From Massilia kyonggiensis (GTDB lineage Bacteria > Pseudomonadota > Gammaproteobacteria > Burkholderiales > Burkholderiaceae_D): a DNA stretch of 64,000 bases. The notes below the pieces were generated by a model. It was not told the DNA's origin. It worked only from the letters and a program-made list of their open reading frames with translations, and made no database searches. The first letter of the stretch is position 1. The number at the start of each line of letters is the position of its first letter. The position numbers and the translations under genes were made by a program. Positions 28,111-37,624 of this stretch are shown here, in pieces. Location: assembly GCA_966212285.1 (NCBI GenBank), contig CBIHQW010000007.1, positions 19,961 through 83,960 of the forward strand. Direction: 5' to 3'.

Positions 28111-30168
28111 TTAGGGAAGGCCGATGCCTCCACCGCGCGGCGTGATCGTGCCCAGGCGCGCCTTGAGCGATTGCGGACGCTTTTCGAACAGCGCGGCATA
28201 GTTCGTCGCGTTCGACATCACGTTGCGCACGTAGGTTCGCGTTTCCTCGAACGGGATCGACTCCACGAACACGGCCCCTTCCATCGGCGCCGTCAACAGC
28301 CCGCGCCACGTGCGTGCCCGCCCCGGCCCGGCGTTGTACGCGGCCGTCGCCAGCACCTGCGAGCCTTCCGCATTGTTCAGCACCATGTTCAGGTAATTGG
28401 TGCCGAGCACGATGTTCGTCCGGATATCGCTGAGCATGCCGTGGCCGTAATCCGTCAGGCCGATCTTTTCCGCGACCCACTTACCGGTCGACGGCATCAC
28501 CTGCATCAGCCCGGATGCCCCCACGCCCGACTGCGCATCGGTGACGAAGCGCGATTCCTGGCGGATGAGGCCGTAGACCCACGCCTGGTCGAGGCCGAGG
28601 CCCTGCGCGGTCGGATGCAGGATGTCGTTGTGCGGCGCGGGGAAGCGCTGGGTGTAGTCGAACTCGGTACGCGTGCGTTCCGACGTGGACAGCATGCGGT
28701 CGAGGATATCGTTCTGGCGCGCGAACTCCGCGGCGGCCAGCAACTGGCGTTCCGTGAACCCGTTGAGCGCCCAGTTCCATTCGCGCGTGCCTTCGAAACG
28801 CATGCGCATCGAAAAGAATTTCAAGGCGCGTTTGAAGCCGGGGTTCGCGGCCACCTGCGCCAGCTCGGCCGGCGTGGGCGGCGCCGCGCTGGGCGGGATG
28901 CTGATCTGCATGCCCAGCTCTTCCATCGCCAGCTGCCCATAAAAACTGTTCTGGTCGGCGATCCGGCGATACAGCGCCTGCGCATCCTCGCGCCGGCCCT
29001 CGGCCTGCAGCGCGCGGCCGAGCCAGTACGTCCAGGCGGGCTCGTCGTGCTGCTGCGGCGGCATCGCCTCGATGGTCGACCGCACCGTCTTCCAGTCGCC
29101 GCGGCGCAGCGCGATGCGCGTCTTCCATTCCAGCTGGAACCACGTCAGCGGCGCGCCTTCGGCCTTCTTCCAGTCGTCGTACGCCTCGGGCGCCAGGGTC
29201 AGCGACGCGGCCAGCGCGATGTTCGCCCAGCCGATCGCCCTCTCCTCTGCCGACAGCTTGGACGCGTTCTTGTTCAGCGCCACCGTCGCCAGCTTCAGGC
29301 TCGTGCGCGCCATGCGGCCGATGGCGACGAGGTAGATCTCGTGATCGGCACGCGTGCTGCCGATGCCGCGCGCCATCGCCACGGCCGGCAGGTCGACGGC
29401 CTGCGCCGCACGCGTATCGGACGCGCCCAGCAGCAGCGCCGTGCGGCGCGACGGCCCCGTCGCGTGCATCTCGCCGGCCAGGCGCAGCTGGGCCAGCAAG
29501 TCATTGTTCGTGAACTGGCCGGACTGGACGAGCTGGTTGACGAGCGCGGCGCAGGCTTCGCCGTACAGCGGCGGATTGTCGAGCAGCACGCGCGCCTCGG
29601 CCGCGACGTTCTGTCCTTTCGACGCGCGCGACAGCAGGGCGTAGCACTTGACCTGGTAATCGTCCTTCTTGACGAACAGGGGCAGCTCGCGGTCGAAGTT
29701 GACCCAGTCGCGCTTGCGGCCGAGCTCGAGCAGCCAGTCGTTGCGCAGGCGGTCGGCGATGGCGCTGCCTTCGTAACGTTTCAGGAAATCCAGGATTTCC
29801 TCGTTGGAAGCGTCGCGCAGCCGCGGTTTGAGCCGATAATAGTCGACGTACGACGGAATCGCGTAGTCCGGCAGCCGTGCCGCCAGCGCCGCGGCTTTAT
29901 CCGCATCGTTCTTGCGGGCGGCGTCGCGCAGTTGCGCGAAGATCTCGTCCTGCTCGCGGCTGGCGTCCGGTTGCGGGCCGGGCGCGACCACGGGAGGGGC
30001 GGGCGACAGCCCGGCGGGCGACAGCGCGCCCGGCGCAGGTACCGCCGTCGGCGCGGCCTGGGCCGCGACATTGGGCGACGCGAGGAAGAGCAGGCTGGAA
30101 GCGGCCACTACGGCGCCGGCTAACAGCGTCTGCGACATCGATAATGCAATATTCAATGTAGGCTTCAT
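28111..30168 (-). CDS. slt: Soluble lytic murein transglycosylase (Slt70-like)
   Basis: Helical U-domain followed by LIRQESRF (catalytic Glu), ASGLMQVMP, AAYNAGPGR, ETRTYV. Start approximate (MKPTLNI, ATG 30168). Confidence 0.9.
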   Translation of the reverse strand: MKPTLNIALSMSQTLLAGAVVAASSLLFLASPNVAAQAAPTAVPAPGALSPAGLSPAPPVVAPGPQPDASREQDEIFAQLRDAARKNDADKAAALAARLPDYAIPSYVDYYRLKPRLRDASNEEILDFLKRYEGSAIADRLRNDWLLELGRKRDWVNFDRELPLFVKKDDYQVKCYALLSRASKGQNVAAEARVLLDNPPLYGEACAALVNQLVQSGQFTNNDLLAQLRLAGEMHATGPSRRTALLLGASDTRAAQAVDLPAVAMARGIGSTRADHEIYLVAIGRMARTSLKLATVALNKNASKLSAEERAIGWANIALAASLTLAPEAYDDWKKAEGAPLTWFQLEWKTRIALRRGDWKTVRSTIEAMPPQQHDEPAWTYWLGRALQAEGRREDAQALYRRIADQNSFYGQLAMEELGMQISIPPSAAPPTPAELAQVAANPGFKRALKFFSMRMRFEGTREWNWALNGFTERQLLAAAEFARQNDILDRMLSTSERTRTEFDYTQRFPAPHNDILHPTAQGLGLDQAWVYGLIRQESRFVTDAQSGVGASGLMQVMPSTGKWVAEKIGLTDYGHGMLSDIRTNIVLGTNYLNMVLNNAEGSQVLATAAYNAGPGRARTWRGLLTAPMEGAVFVESIPFEETRTYVRNVMSNATNYAALFEKRPQSLKARLGTITPRGGGIGLP

Positions 30169-30175
30169 TTCATCC

Positions 30176-30781
30176 ATGACCGGCGATTCAAGAATACCAT
30201 GCCCCTCGAGCCCGAGCGTGGCGGACGAGAAACAGGTGGCAAAAACGGCGTTGCGCAAGGCGCTCAGGACTGCACGTGGGGGGCTTGATCCCGCAATCAA
30301 GGTCCAGTGGGATGCACATATCGGCGCGCAAGTCGTCGCATGGTGGAGATTGCGCCAGGTAAGTGTCATGGGTGTGTACTGGCCGCTGGCCGGCGAGCCC
30401 GACCTGAGGGCGGCGTACGCGGAACTGCACCAGGCCGGCGTGCGCCTGGCGCTGCCCGTCGTGATGGAACGCGATGCACCGCTGACGTTCACGGAATGGA
30501 CGCCCGGCGAAGCCATGTTGCCGGACGAGGCCGGCGTGCAGGTGCCGGCCCAGCTGCGCTTCATCGAGCGCCCGCCGGCCCTCCTGATCCCCTGCCTCGG
30601 TTTCAATGCCGAAGGGTATCGCCTCGGCTATGGCGGCGGCTATTACGACCGCACGCTCGAACAACCGCCGCGCCCGCACACCTTGGGCATTGCTTACAGT
30701 AATCAGGAAGCCGTGTTCTCGCACGCGCCGCACGATGTGCCGCTGGACGTGATCGTGACGGAAACGACCAACGTCACGTGA
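30176..30781 (+). CDS. 5-formyltetrahydrofolate cyclo-ligase
   Basis: GVYWPLAGEPDL, LIPCLGFNAEGYRLGYGGGYYDRTL, HDVPLDVIVTE. Start uncertain (30176 or GTG 30218). Confidence 0.92.
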   Translation: MTGDSRIPCPSSPSVADEKQVAKTALRKALRTARGGLDPAIKVQWDAHIGAQVVAWWRLRQVSVMGVYWPLAGEPDLRAAYAELHQAGVRLALPVVMERDAPLTFTEWTPGEAMLPDEAGVQVPAQLRFIERPPALLIPCLGFNAEGYRLGYGGGYYDRTLEQPPRPHTLGIAYSNQEAVFSHAPHDVPLDVIVTETTNVT

Positions 30782-30783
30782 TG

Positions 30784-30820
30784 AAAAAATGCCCGCGCGG
30801 CCTGCCGGTCGCACGGGCAT
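30784..30820 (-). terminator. Intrinsic terminator after metF
   Basis: On the minus strand ATGCCCG...CGGGCAT followed by a T-run. Confidence 0.6.
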
Positions 30821-30838
30821 GTCGAGGACAGCGCCGGA

Positions 30839-31672
30839 TCAGGCAGCCGTGATGCGCTGCCAGATCGCGGTCGTGGCCGCCGCCTGGTTCATGCTGTAGA
30901 AATGCAGGCCGGGCGCGCCGCCAGCGAGCAGGCGCTCGCACAGGCCGCTGACGACATCCAGCCCGAACGCCTTGATCGACGCCGAATCGTCGCCGAAGCT
31001 GGCCAGCTTCAAACGGATCCAGCGCGGAATCTCGGCGCCGCACATGTCGGAGAAACGCATCAGCTGCGTGTAGTTCGTGATCGGCATGATGCCGGCCACG
31101 ATGGGCACGTCCACGCCCAGTTTGCGGGCGTTGTCGACGAACTGGAAATACGCGTCCGGATTGTAGAAATACTGCGTGATCGCGGCATTCGCGCCGGCCT
31201 GCACCTTGCGGGCGAAGGCCTGCAGGTCGTCCTGCGGCGACTTGGCCTGCGGATGCATTTCCGGATACGCGGCCACCTCGATGTGGAACCAGTCGCCCGT
31301 TTCCTGGCGGATGAACTCGACGAGGTCGCTGGCATAGCGCAGTTCGCCCGCGCCGCCATAGCCGCTCGGCAAGTCACCACGCAGCGCCACGAGGCGGCGG
31401 ATGCCCTTCTCCTTGAATTCCTGCAGGATCGCGCGGATCGATTCGCGCGTGCCGCCCACGCACGACAAGTGCGGTGCGGCATCATGGCCCGCGGCCAGGA
31501 TCTCGAGCACGGTCGACAGCGTGCCGTGCTGCGTGCTGCCGCCGGCGCCGAACGTCACGGAGAAGTATTTCGGATTCAGCTCGGCCAGCTTCTGGCGAGC
31601 CACGCGCAGCTTTTCCGCACCCTCGGGCGTCTTGGGCGGGAAAAACTCGATACTGATGTTAGGGGTTTCCAT
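30839..31672 (-). CDS. metF: 5,10-methylenetetrahydrofolate reductase
   Basis: SIEFFPPKT, SVTFGAGGST, APHLSC, ALRGD, AAYPEMHP, ITQYFY, LHFYSMNQA. Confidence 0.96.
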   Translation of the reverse strand: METPNISIEFFPPKTPEGAEKLRVARQKLAELNPKYFSVTFGAGGSTQHGTLSTVLEILAAGHDAAPHLSCVGGTRESIRAILQEFKEKGIRRLVALRGDLPSGYGGAGELRYASDLVEFIRQETGDWFHIEVAAYPEMHPQAKSPQDDLQAFARKVQAGANAAITQYFYNPDAYFQFVDNARKLGVDVPIVAGIMPITNYTQLMRFSDMCGAEIPRWIRLKLASFGDDSASIKAFGLDVVSGLCERLLAGGAPGLHFYSMNQAAATTAIWQRITAA

Positions 31673-32012
31673 CTTTGTTGAGTAATAAGGTAGAAAGCGC
31701 CCACGAAATGACACTGTACAGGATCGCCGCCAGGAACGCGGACCAGAACCCCGCCACATGGAAGCCCCCGACGAGGTTCGCGACCAGCCAGAACAGCAGT
31801 GCGTTGATCACCAGGATGAACAGGCCGAGCGACACGACCGTCACGGGCAGGGTCAGCACGACGAGCACGGGACGGATGATCGTGTTCACGAGGCCGAGAA
31901 CGAGGGCCGCCACGAGGGCGGCGCCGACGTTGTCGACCGTTACCGAATGCATCAGGTAAGGCAGGGCCATCAGGGCCGCCGCATTGATCAGCCAGGTCAG
32001 GAGCAGGCGCAT
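31659..32012 (-). CDS. Small four-TM membrane protein, YvlD/phage-holin_4_2-like
   Basis: LGLVNTIIRPVLVVLTLPVTVVSLGLFILVINALLF and VAGFWSAFLAA; overlaps the metF start. Confidence 0.85.
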   Translation of the reverse strand: MRLLLTWLINAAALMALPYLMHSVTVDNVGAALVAALVLGLVNTIIRPVLVVLTLPVTVVSLGLFILVINALLFWLVANLVGGFHVAGFWSAFLAAILYSVISWALSTLLLNKDGNP

Positions 32013-32038
32013 GTTGTGTCTTTCGTGAGAAGTTATCG

Positions 32039-32067
32039 GCACCGCCGACGATGGAATCCGGCGGTGC
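32039..32067. repeat. Intercistronic hairpin between ahcY and the membrane-protein gene
   Basis: GCACCGCCG-N11-CGGCGGTGC. Confidence 0.65.
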
Positions 32068-32098
32068 GCAGCATCAATCCACGGAAGAGCTTACCAGA

Positions 32099-33514
32099 TC
32101 AATAACGGTAATGTTCCGGCTTGTACGGGCCTTCCTTGCTCACCGAGATGTAGGCGGCCTGCTCTTCGGTCAGCTCGGTCAGCTGGGCGTTGAGCTTCTT
32201 GAGCTGCAGGCGGGCGACTTTCTCGTCCAGCTTCTTCGGCAGCGTGTACACGCCGACCGGGTAGGCGGCGGTATTGGTGAACAGTTCGATCTGGGCGATG
32301 GTCTGGTTCGCGAACGACGAGCTCATCACGTACGACGGGTGACCCGTGCCGCAGCCCAGGTTCACGAGACGGCCTTCGGCCAGCAGGATGATGCGCTTGC
32401 CATCCGGGAAGATGATGTGGTCGACCTGCGGCTTGATGTTTTCCCACTCGTACTTGCGCAGCGCGGCGACTTCGATTTCGTTGTCGAAGTGGCCGATGTT
32501 GCAGACGATCGCCTGGTCCTTCATGCGCAGCATGTGCTGTTCGGTGATCACGTGGTAGTTGCCGGTGCAGGTGACGAAGATGTCGCCGTGTTCGGCGGCC
32601 ATGTCCATCGTCACGACGCGGTAGCCTTCCATCGCGGCCTGCAGCGCGCAGATCGGGTCGATCTCGGTGACCCACACCTGGGCCGACAGCGCGCGCAGCG
32701 CCTGGGCCGAACCTTTACCGACGTCACCGTAACCGGCCACGACGGCGATCTTGCCGGCAACCATCACGTCCGTCGCGCGCTTGATGCCATCGACGAGCGA
32801 TTCACGGCAGCCGTACAGGTTGTCGAACTTCGACTTGGTGACGGAGTCGTTGACGTTGATGGCCGGGAACGCCAGCTTGCCTTCCGCGTGCATCTGGTAC
32901 AGGCGGTGCACGCCGGTGGTGGTTTCTTCCGTCACGCCCTGGATCTGCGGCAGGCGCTTCGAGTACCACTGCGGATCGACGGCCAGGCGGCCCTTGATGG
33001 CGTTGAACAGGCAGATTTCTTCTTCCGAACCCGGCTTGTCCAGCACCGAGATGTCCTTTTCCGCGCGCACGCCCAGGTGCAGCAGCAGCGTGGCGTCGCC
33101 GCCATCGTCCAGGATCATGTTGGCGTAGACGTCATCGCCCCATTCGAAGATGCGGTGGGTGTAGTCCCAGTATTCGTCCAGCGTCTCGCCCTTGACGGCG
33201 AACACGGGCGTGCCGACCGAGGCGATGGCCGCGGCGGCGTGGTCCTGCGTCGAGTAGATGTTGCACGAGGCCCAGCGCACTTGCGCGCCGAGGGCTTCCA
33301 GCGTGCGGATCAGCACGGCGGTCTGGATGGTCATGTGCAGCGAACCGGCGATGCGCGCGCCCTTCAGCGGCTGGGCGGCCGCGAATTCGTCGCGGATGGC
33401 CATCAGGCCCGGCATTTCGGTTTCGGCGATGCGGATTTCCTTCTCGCCCCACGAGGCGAGGCCGATGTCGGCAACGAGGTAGTCCTGGGTGGTGTCTTTG
33501 AGTACGGCGCTCAT
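32099..33514 (-). CDS. ahcY: Adenosylhomocysteinase
   Basis: [72 protein letters not shown]. Confidence 0.98.
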   Translation of the reverse strand: MSAVLKDTTQDYLVADIGLASWGEKEIRIAETEMPGLMAIRDEFAAAQPLKGARIAGSLHMTIQTAVLIRTLEALGAQVRWASCNIYSTQDHAAAAIASVGTPVFAVKGETLDEYWDYTHRIFEWGDDVYANMILDDGGDATLLLHLGVRAEKDISVLDKPGSEEEICLFNAIKGRLAVDPQWYSKRLPQIQGVTEETTTGVHRLYQMHAEGKLAFPAINVNDSVTKSKFDNLYGCRESLVDGIKRATDVMVAGKIAVVAGYGDVGKGSAQALRALSAQVWVTEIDPICALQAAMEGYRVVTMDMAAEHGDIFVTCTGNYHVITEQHMLRMKDQAIVCNIGHFDNEIEVAALRKYEWENIKPQVDHIIFPDGKRIILLAEGRLVNLGCGTGHPSYVMSSSFANQTIAQIELFTNTAAYPVGVYTLPKKLDEKVARLQLKKLNAQLTELTEEQAAYISVSKEGPYKPEHYRY

Positions 33515-33547
33515 CACGCCCTCCTTTCAAGTTAAGAAAAAAGTAAC

Positions 33548-33611
33548 GTGAGCGCGGTGTTGATATCCGAGCCTGGCGAGATGGGGAATCTCGTCGCAAC
33601 GCTCCTCGGAA
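33548..33611 (-). ncRNA. SAH riboswitch
   Basis: Minus strand UCCGAGGAGCGUUGCGAC...GCCAGGCUCGGAUAUCAACACCGCGCUCAC: P1 CCGAG/CUCGG, GAGCG/CGCUC pseudoknot, located in the ahcY 5' UTR. Confidence 0.9.
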
Positions 33612-33617
33612 TTAGGA

Positions 33618-33626
33618 AGTGTAGCA
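33618..33626 (-). promoter_or_regulatory. Extended -10 promoter element for ahcY
   Basis: TGCTACACT (TGn-TAnnnT) about 7 nt upstream of the riboswitch 5' end. Confidence 0.55.
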
Positions 33627-33674
33627 CGGTGGGCACCTCTGTGCCCACCGGCTGCGGGCGTTTTCGCAACGCCC
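33627..33674. repeat. Two adjacent inverted repeats between metK and ahcY
   Basis: CGGTGGGCAC-CTCT-GTGCCCACCG (33627-33650) and GGGCGTT-TTCGC-AACGCCC (33656-33674). Confidence 0.75.
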
Positions 33675-33682
33675 GTTGGATA

Positions 33683-34852
33683 TTACGCCAGGCCGGCTTC
33701 GGCGCGCAGCAGCGCGGCCTTGTCGGTGCGCTCCCAGCTGAATTCCGGCTCTTCGCGGCCGAAGTGGCCGTAGGCGGCGGACTTCGTGTAGATCGGACGC
33801 AGCAGGTCGAGCATCTGCACGATGCCTTTCGGGCGCAGGTCGAAGTGTTCCATCACCAGTTCGGCGATCTTCTCGTCCGAAATGACGCCGGTGCCTTCCG
33901 TATAGACCGTGATGTTGATCGGACGGGCCACGCCGATCGCGTAGCTGACCTGCACCTGGCACTGGCGCGCCAGGCCGGCGGCCACGACGTTCTTGGCGAC
34001 GTAGCGGGCGGCGTAGGCGGCCGAGCGGTCGACCTTGGACGGGTCCTTGCCGGAGAATGCGCCGCCGCCGTGCGGTGCGGCACCGCCGTACGTGTCGACG
34101 ATGATCTTGCGGCCGGTCAGGCCGCAGTCGCCCTGCGGGCCACCGATGACGAAGCGGCCGGTCGGGTTGACCAGGTAGCGGGTGTCCTGCAACCACTCGC
34201 GCGGCAGCACGGGCTTGATGATCTCTTCGATCACCGCTTCCTCGATCTGGCTGTGGCTGACTTCCGGCGCGTGCTGGGTCGACAGCACGACGGTGTTCAC
34301 GGACACCGGGCGGCCGTTGACGTAGCGCAGCGTGACCTGGGACTTCGCGTCCGGACGCAGCCACGGCAGGCGGCCGTCCTTGCGCAGCTGCGACTGGCGC
34401 TCGACGAGGCGGTGCGCATAATAAATCGCGGCCGGCATGAGTTCCGGCGTCTCGTCGCACGCGTAGCCGAACATCAGGCCCTGGTCACCGGCACCCTGGT
34501 CGAGGTCGATGCCGGCGCCTTCGTCCACGCCCTGGGCGATGTCCGGCGACTGCTTGTCGTAGGCGACCAGCACGGCGCAACCTTTATAGTCGATGCCGTA
34601 GTCGGTGTTGTCGTAACCGATGCGCTTGATGGTATTGCGTGCAACTTGAATATAATCGACGTTTGCGTGCGTCGTGATCTCCCCGGCCAGGACGACCAGA
34701 CCCGTGTTGCACAGGGTCTCGGCAGCCACGCGCGCGCGCGGATCCTGTTCCAGGATGGCGTCGAGGATGGCGTCGGAAATCTGGTCGGCGACTTTGTCCG
34801 GGTGGCCTTCCGACACGGACTCGGAAGTGAAGAGGTAATCGTTGGAAGACAT
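33683..34852 (-). CDS. metK: S-adenosylmethionine synthetase
   Basis: [50 protein letters not shown]. Confidence 0.98.
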   Translation of the reverse strand: MSSNDYLFTSESVSEGHPDKVADQISDAILDAILEQDPRARVAAETLCNTGLVVLAGEITTHANVDYIQVARNTIKRIGYDNTDYGIDYKGCAVLVAYDKQSPDIAQGVDEGAGIDLDQGAGDQGLMFGYACDETPELMPAAIYYAHRLVERQSQLRKDGRLPWLRPDAKSQVTLRYVNGRPVSVNTVVLSTQHAPEVSHSQIEEAVIEEIIKPVLPREWLQDTRYLVNPTGRFVIGGPQGDCGLTGRKIIVDTYGGAAPHGGGAFSGKDPSKVDRSAAYAARYVAKNVVAAGLARQCQVQVSYAIGVARPINITVYTEGTGVISDEKIAELVMEHFDLRPKGIVQMLDLLRPIYTKSAAYGHFGREEPEFSWERTDKAALLRAEAGLA

Positions 34853-34899
34853 TAAGGCTCCTGATACTGTTGTAAAAATTGCCGCAGTACCAAGGCCTG

Positions 34900-34955
34900 C
34901 GACGCTTTAGCGAGATTTATATTCCGCTTCGCAAGTTGTCATTAACTCCGCGGAT
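34900..34955 (-). ncRNA. SAM-II (SAM_alpha) riboswitch
   Basis: Minus strand AUCCGC-GGAGUUAA-UGAC-AAC-UUGCG-AA-GCGGA-AUAUAAAUCUC-GCUAAA-GCGUCG: P1 UCCGC/GCGGA, UUGC/GCUAA and UGAC/GUCG pseudoknot pairings, upstream of metK. Confidence 0.8.
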
Positions 34956-34967
34956 GCTACAAGTGGT

Positions 34968-34996
34968 ATTTTACGCTGCTCCAAAAATTCTGGCAC
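34968..34996 (-). promoter_or_regulatory. Candidate sigma70 promoter for metK
   Basis: GTGCCA-N17-TAAAAT ending about 12 nt before the aptamer. Confidence 0.45.
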
Positions 34997-35030
34997 AGCA
35001 ACTCGTCGGTTCTCTACCCTAAATCAACCA

Positions 35031-35882
35031 ATGCTTGTCCTTTTGTTTCGGATTCTGTCGTTTTTGCCGCTACGCGCGCTGCACGCGCTCGGCGCCGCGC
35101 TCGGCTGGATTGTCTATCTCTTATCGCCGTCGCACCGCCGGCGCCTGCGCGCGAACCTCGAACAGGCCGGCTACGGCGGCCACTTGCGCGCCGCGATCGC
35201 CGAATCCGGCAAGGCCATCGCCGAGCTGCCCTTCGTCTGGTGCGCGCCGCAGGAACGCGTCACCCGCCACGTCACCATGGAAAACTGGGAACTGGTGCAG
35301 CGCCAGCTCGACGCCGGCCGCGGCATCGTCTTCCTCACGCCCCACCTGGGCTGTTTCGAACTGACGGCCCAGCAGGTCTCGCTGCGCGTCGAACTGACGG
35401 TCATGTACCGCCCGCCGCGCCAGAGCGCCCTGAAACCGCTCGTCGAAGGCGCCCGCGAGCGCCAGCACATGCACCTGGCACCCGCCAACCTGGCCGGCGT
35501 GCGCATGCTCGTCAAGGCGCTGCGGGGCGGCCAGCCCGTCGGGGTGCTGCCGGACCAGGTCCCGCAGGAAGGTGAAGGCGTGTGGGCGCCGTTCTTCGGC
35601 CGCGACGCCTATACGATGACCTTGCCCGCCAAGCTGGCCCAGCTGGGCAAGGCCGACATCCTGACCGTGTACGCGGAACGCCTGCCGCGCGGCCGCGGCT
35701 TCGCCATCCGCTTCGTCCCGTTCGAAGGGTCGCTCGACGGCGACGCGGCCCGGCAGGCCGCCGCCATCAACCGCCAGATGGAGAAGCTCATCGCCTTCTG
35801 CCCCGCCCAGTATTTCTGGAGTTATAACCGCTACAAGAAGCCGCAAGGCGTCGAAGCACCGCACCCCGAGACCGTCGCATGA
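35031..35882 (+). CDS. Lipid A/lysophospholipid acyltransferase family protein (LpxL-like, paralog 1)
   Basis: FLTPHLGCFE, LPDQVP, APFFGRDA, QYFWSYNRYK. Confidence 0.88.
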   Translation: MLVLLFRILSFLPLRALHALGAALGWIVYLLSPSHRRRLRANLEQAGYGGHLRAAIAESGKAIAELPFVWCAPQERVTRHVTMENWELVQRQLDAGRGIVFLTPHLGCFELTAQQVSLRVELTVMYRPPRQSALKPLVEGARERQHMHLAPANLAGVRMLVKALRGGQPVGVLPDQVPQEGEGVWAPFFGRDAYTMTLPAKLAQLGKADILTVYAERLPRGRGFAIRFVPFEGSLDGDAARQAAAINRQMEKLIAFCPAQYFWSYNRYKKPQGVEAPHPETVA

Positions 35883-36742
35883 GGTTCCTGATTTTCCTGT
35901 TGTGGCTGCTGCACTTCCTGCCGCTGCCTGTCCTTGGCCGCATCGGCAACGCCGTCGGCTGGCTGATGTATTACGCGATCCCCAAGCGCCGCAAGATCGC
36001 CCTCGTCAACCTGCGCCTGTGCATGCCCGACCTGAGCGAAGCGGAGCGGGTCGATATCGCCAAACGCCATTTCATGGCTTATTCGCGCAGCATCCTGGAG
36101 CGCTCGCTGATCTGGTGGGCGCCGTTCGAACGCATCCAGCGCCTGATCGAGATCGTGCCGAACGTCCCGAAGGAGCAAATGGAAAGCGGCCCGACCATCG
36201 TGTTCTGCCCGCACTTCGTCTGCCTGGACGTGGCCGGCGTGGCGTCCCGCGTGGTGCCGTTGTCGACGATGTATTCGCCGCAAAAGAACAAGGCGTTCGA
36301 CGATTTGTTGCGTTATGGCCGCGAACGTTACGGCCCCGTGCGCCTGTTCACGCGCAGCGACGGCATCAAGCCGATCATCCGCGCGCTACGCGAGGGCCTG
36401 CCTTACTTCATGCTGCCGGACATGGATTTCGGCGAGAAGGATGCCACCTTCGTTCCTTTCTTCAATGTCCCCGCGGCGACTTTGACCGCACTCGGCCGGC
36501 TGGCGGGTGCGACGGGCGCGAAGGTGATCCCGGTCGTGGCCACCTTCTTGCCCAACTACAAAGGTTATCGGGTAGAGTTCTATCCTGCATGGGAGGATTA
36601 CCCGGGCGACGACATCATCGCCGCCACACGCCGCATGAACGCCTTCATCGAGGACCGCGTGCGCGAACATCCGGCCGAATATTTCTGGACCCATAAGCGC
36701 TTCAAGACCCGGCCGCCCGGCGAGCCCTCGTTCTACGATTAA
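35879..36742 (+). CDS. Lipid A biosynthesis acyltransferase (LpxL/HtrB-like, paralog 2)
   Basis: [33 protein letters not shown]. Confidence 0.9.
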   Translation: MRFLIFLLWLLHFLPLPVLGRIGNAVGWLMYYAIPKRRKIALVNLRLCMPDLSEAERVDIAKRHFMAYSRSILERSLIWWAPFERIQRLIEIVPNVPKEQMESGPTIVFCPHFVCLDVAGVASRVVPLSTMYSPQKNKAFDDLLRYGRERYGPVRLFTRSDGIKPIIRALREGLPYFMLPDMDFGEKDATFVPFFNVPAATLTALGRLAGATGAKVIPVVATFLPNYKGYRVEFYPAWEDYPGDDIIAATRRMNAFIEDRVREHPAEYFWTHKRFKTRPPGEPSFYD

Positions 36743-37617
36743 TGACAGATACCATGAAACTCAAGTTCACCAAGATGCACGGCGCCGGCAACGATTTCGT
36801 CGTGATCGACGCGATCAACCAGCAACTCGACCTCGGCCCGGAACAATGGCGCCGCCTGGCCGACCGCCGCTTCGGCGTCGGTGCCGACCAGATCCTGATC
36901 GTCGAACGCCCCGCCACGGCAGACAGCGACTTCCGCTACCGCATCTATAACAATGACGGGGGCGAAGTCGAGCAGTGCGGCAACGGTTCGCGCGCGTTCG
37001 TCCGCTTCGTCAGCGACAAGGGCCTGACCGACAAGCGCAGCATCCGCGTCGAAACGATGAGCGGCATCATCACCCCGCGCCTGGAAGACGACGGCAGCAT
37101 CACGGTGGACATGGGTGCCCCGATCCTGGAGCCAGGCCAGGTCCCGTTCGATGCGGCCGGCCTGGAAGGCGTCGCCGAAGGCCGCGACACGCTGTGGCCG
37201 ATCACCGTCTCGAACAAGGGCCAGGAACAGACCGTGCTCGTGTCGACGGTGTCGATGGGCAATCCGCACGCGGTGCAGGTCGTGGCCGACGTCGACGCGG
37301 CCCCCGTCCTCGACACCGGCCCGCAGATCGAGCACCACCCGCGCTTCCCGCGCCGCGTGAATGCCGGCTTCCTGCAGATCGTGGACCGCGGCCATGTGAA
37401 GCTGCGCGTCTACGAACGCGGCGCCGGCGAGACGCTTGCCTGCGGCACCGGCGCCTGTGCCGCCGTCGTGGCCGGCATCCGGCGCGGCCTGCTGGACTCG
37501 CCCGTGCAGGTCCAGGCCCACGGCGGCAAGCTGACCATCCATTGGGCCGGCGAAGGCCAGCCTGTTTATATGAGCGGTCCGGCCGAGACCGTGTTCGAAG
37601 GCGAAATCGAGATCTGA
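36742..37617 (+). CDS. dapF: Diaminopimelate epimerase
   Basis: [42 protein letters not shown]. Confidence 0.97.
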   Translation: MTDTMKLKFTKMHGAGNDFVVIDAINQQLDLGPEQWRRLADRRFGVGADQILIVERPATADSDFRYRIYNNDGGEVEQCGNGSRAFVRFVSDKGLTDKRSIRVETMSGIITPRLEDDGSITVDMGAPILEPGQVPFDAAGLEGVAEGRDTLWPITVSNKGQEQTVLVSTVSMGNPHAVQVVADVDAAPVLDTGPQIEHHPRFPRRVNAGFLQIVDRGHVKLRVYERGAGETLACGTGACAAVVAGIRRGLLDSPVQVQAHGGKLTIHWAGEGQPVYMSGPAETVFEGEIEI

Positions 37618-37624
37618 ATCTGAT

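Noticed and set aside
30100-30218. 6S RNA upstream of the 5-formyl-THF cyclo-ligase (the ssrS-ygfA arrangement)
   Set aside because: The gene is back-to-back with slt with almost no intergenic space.
31659-32012. Holin-family gene as evidence of a prophage
   Set aside because: No endolysin, capsid, terminase, integrase or att-like repeats nearby; it is embedded in the ahcY-metF operon.
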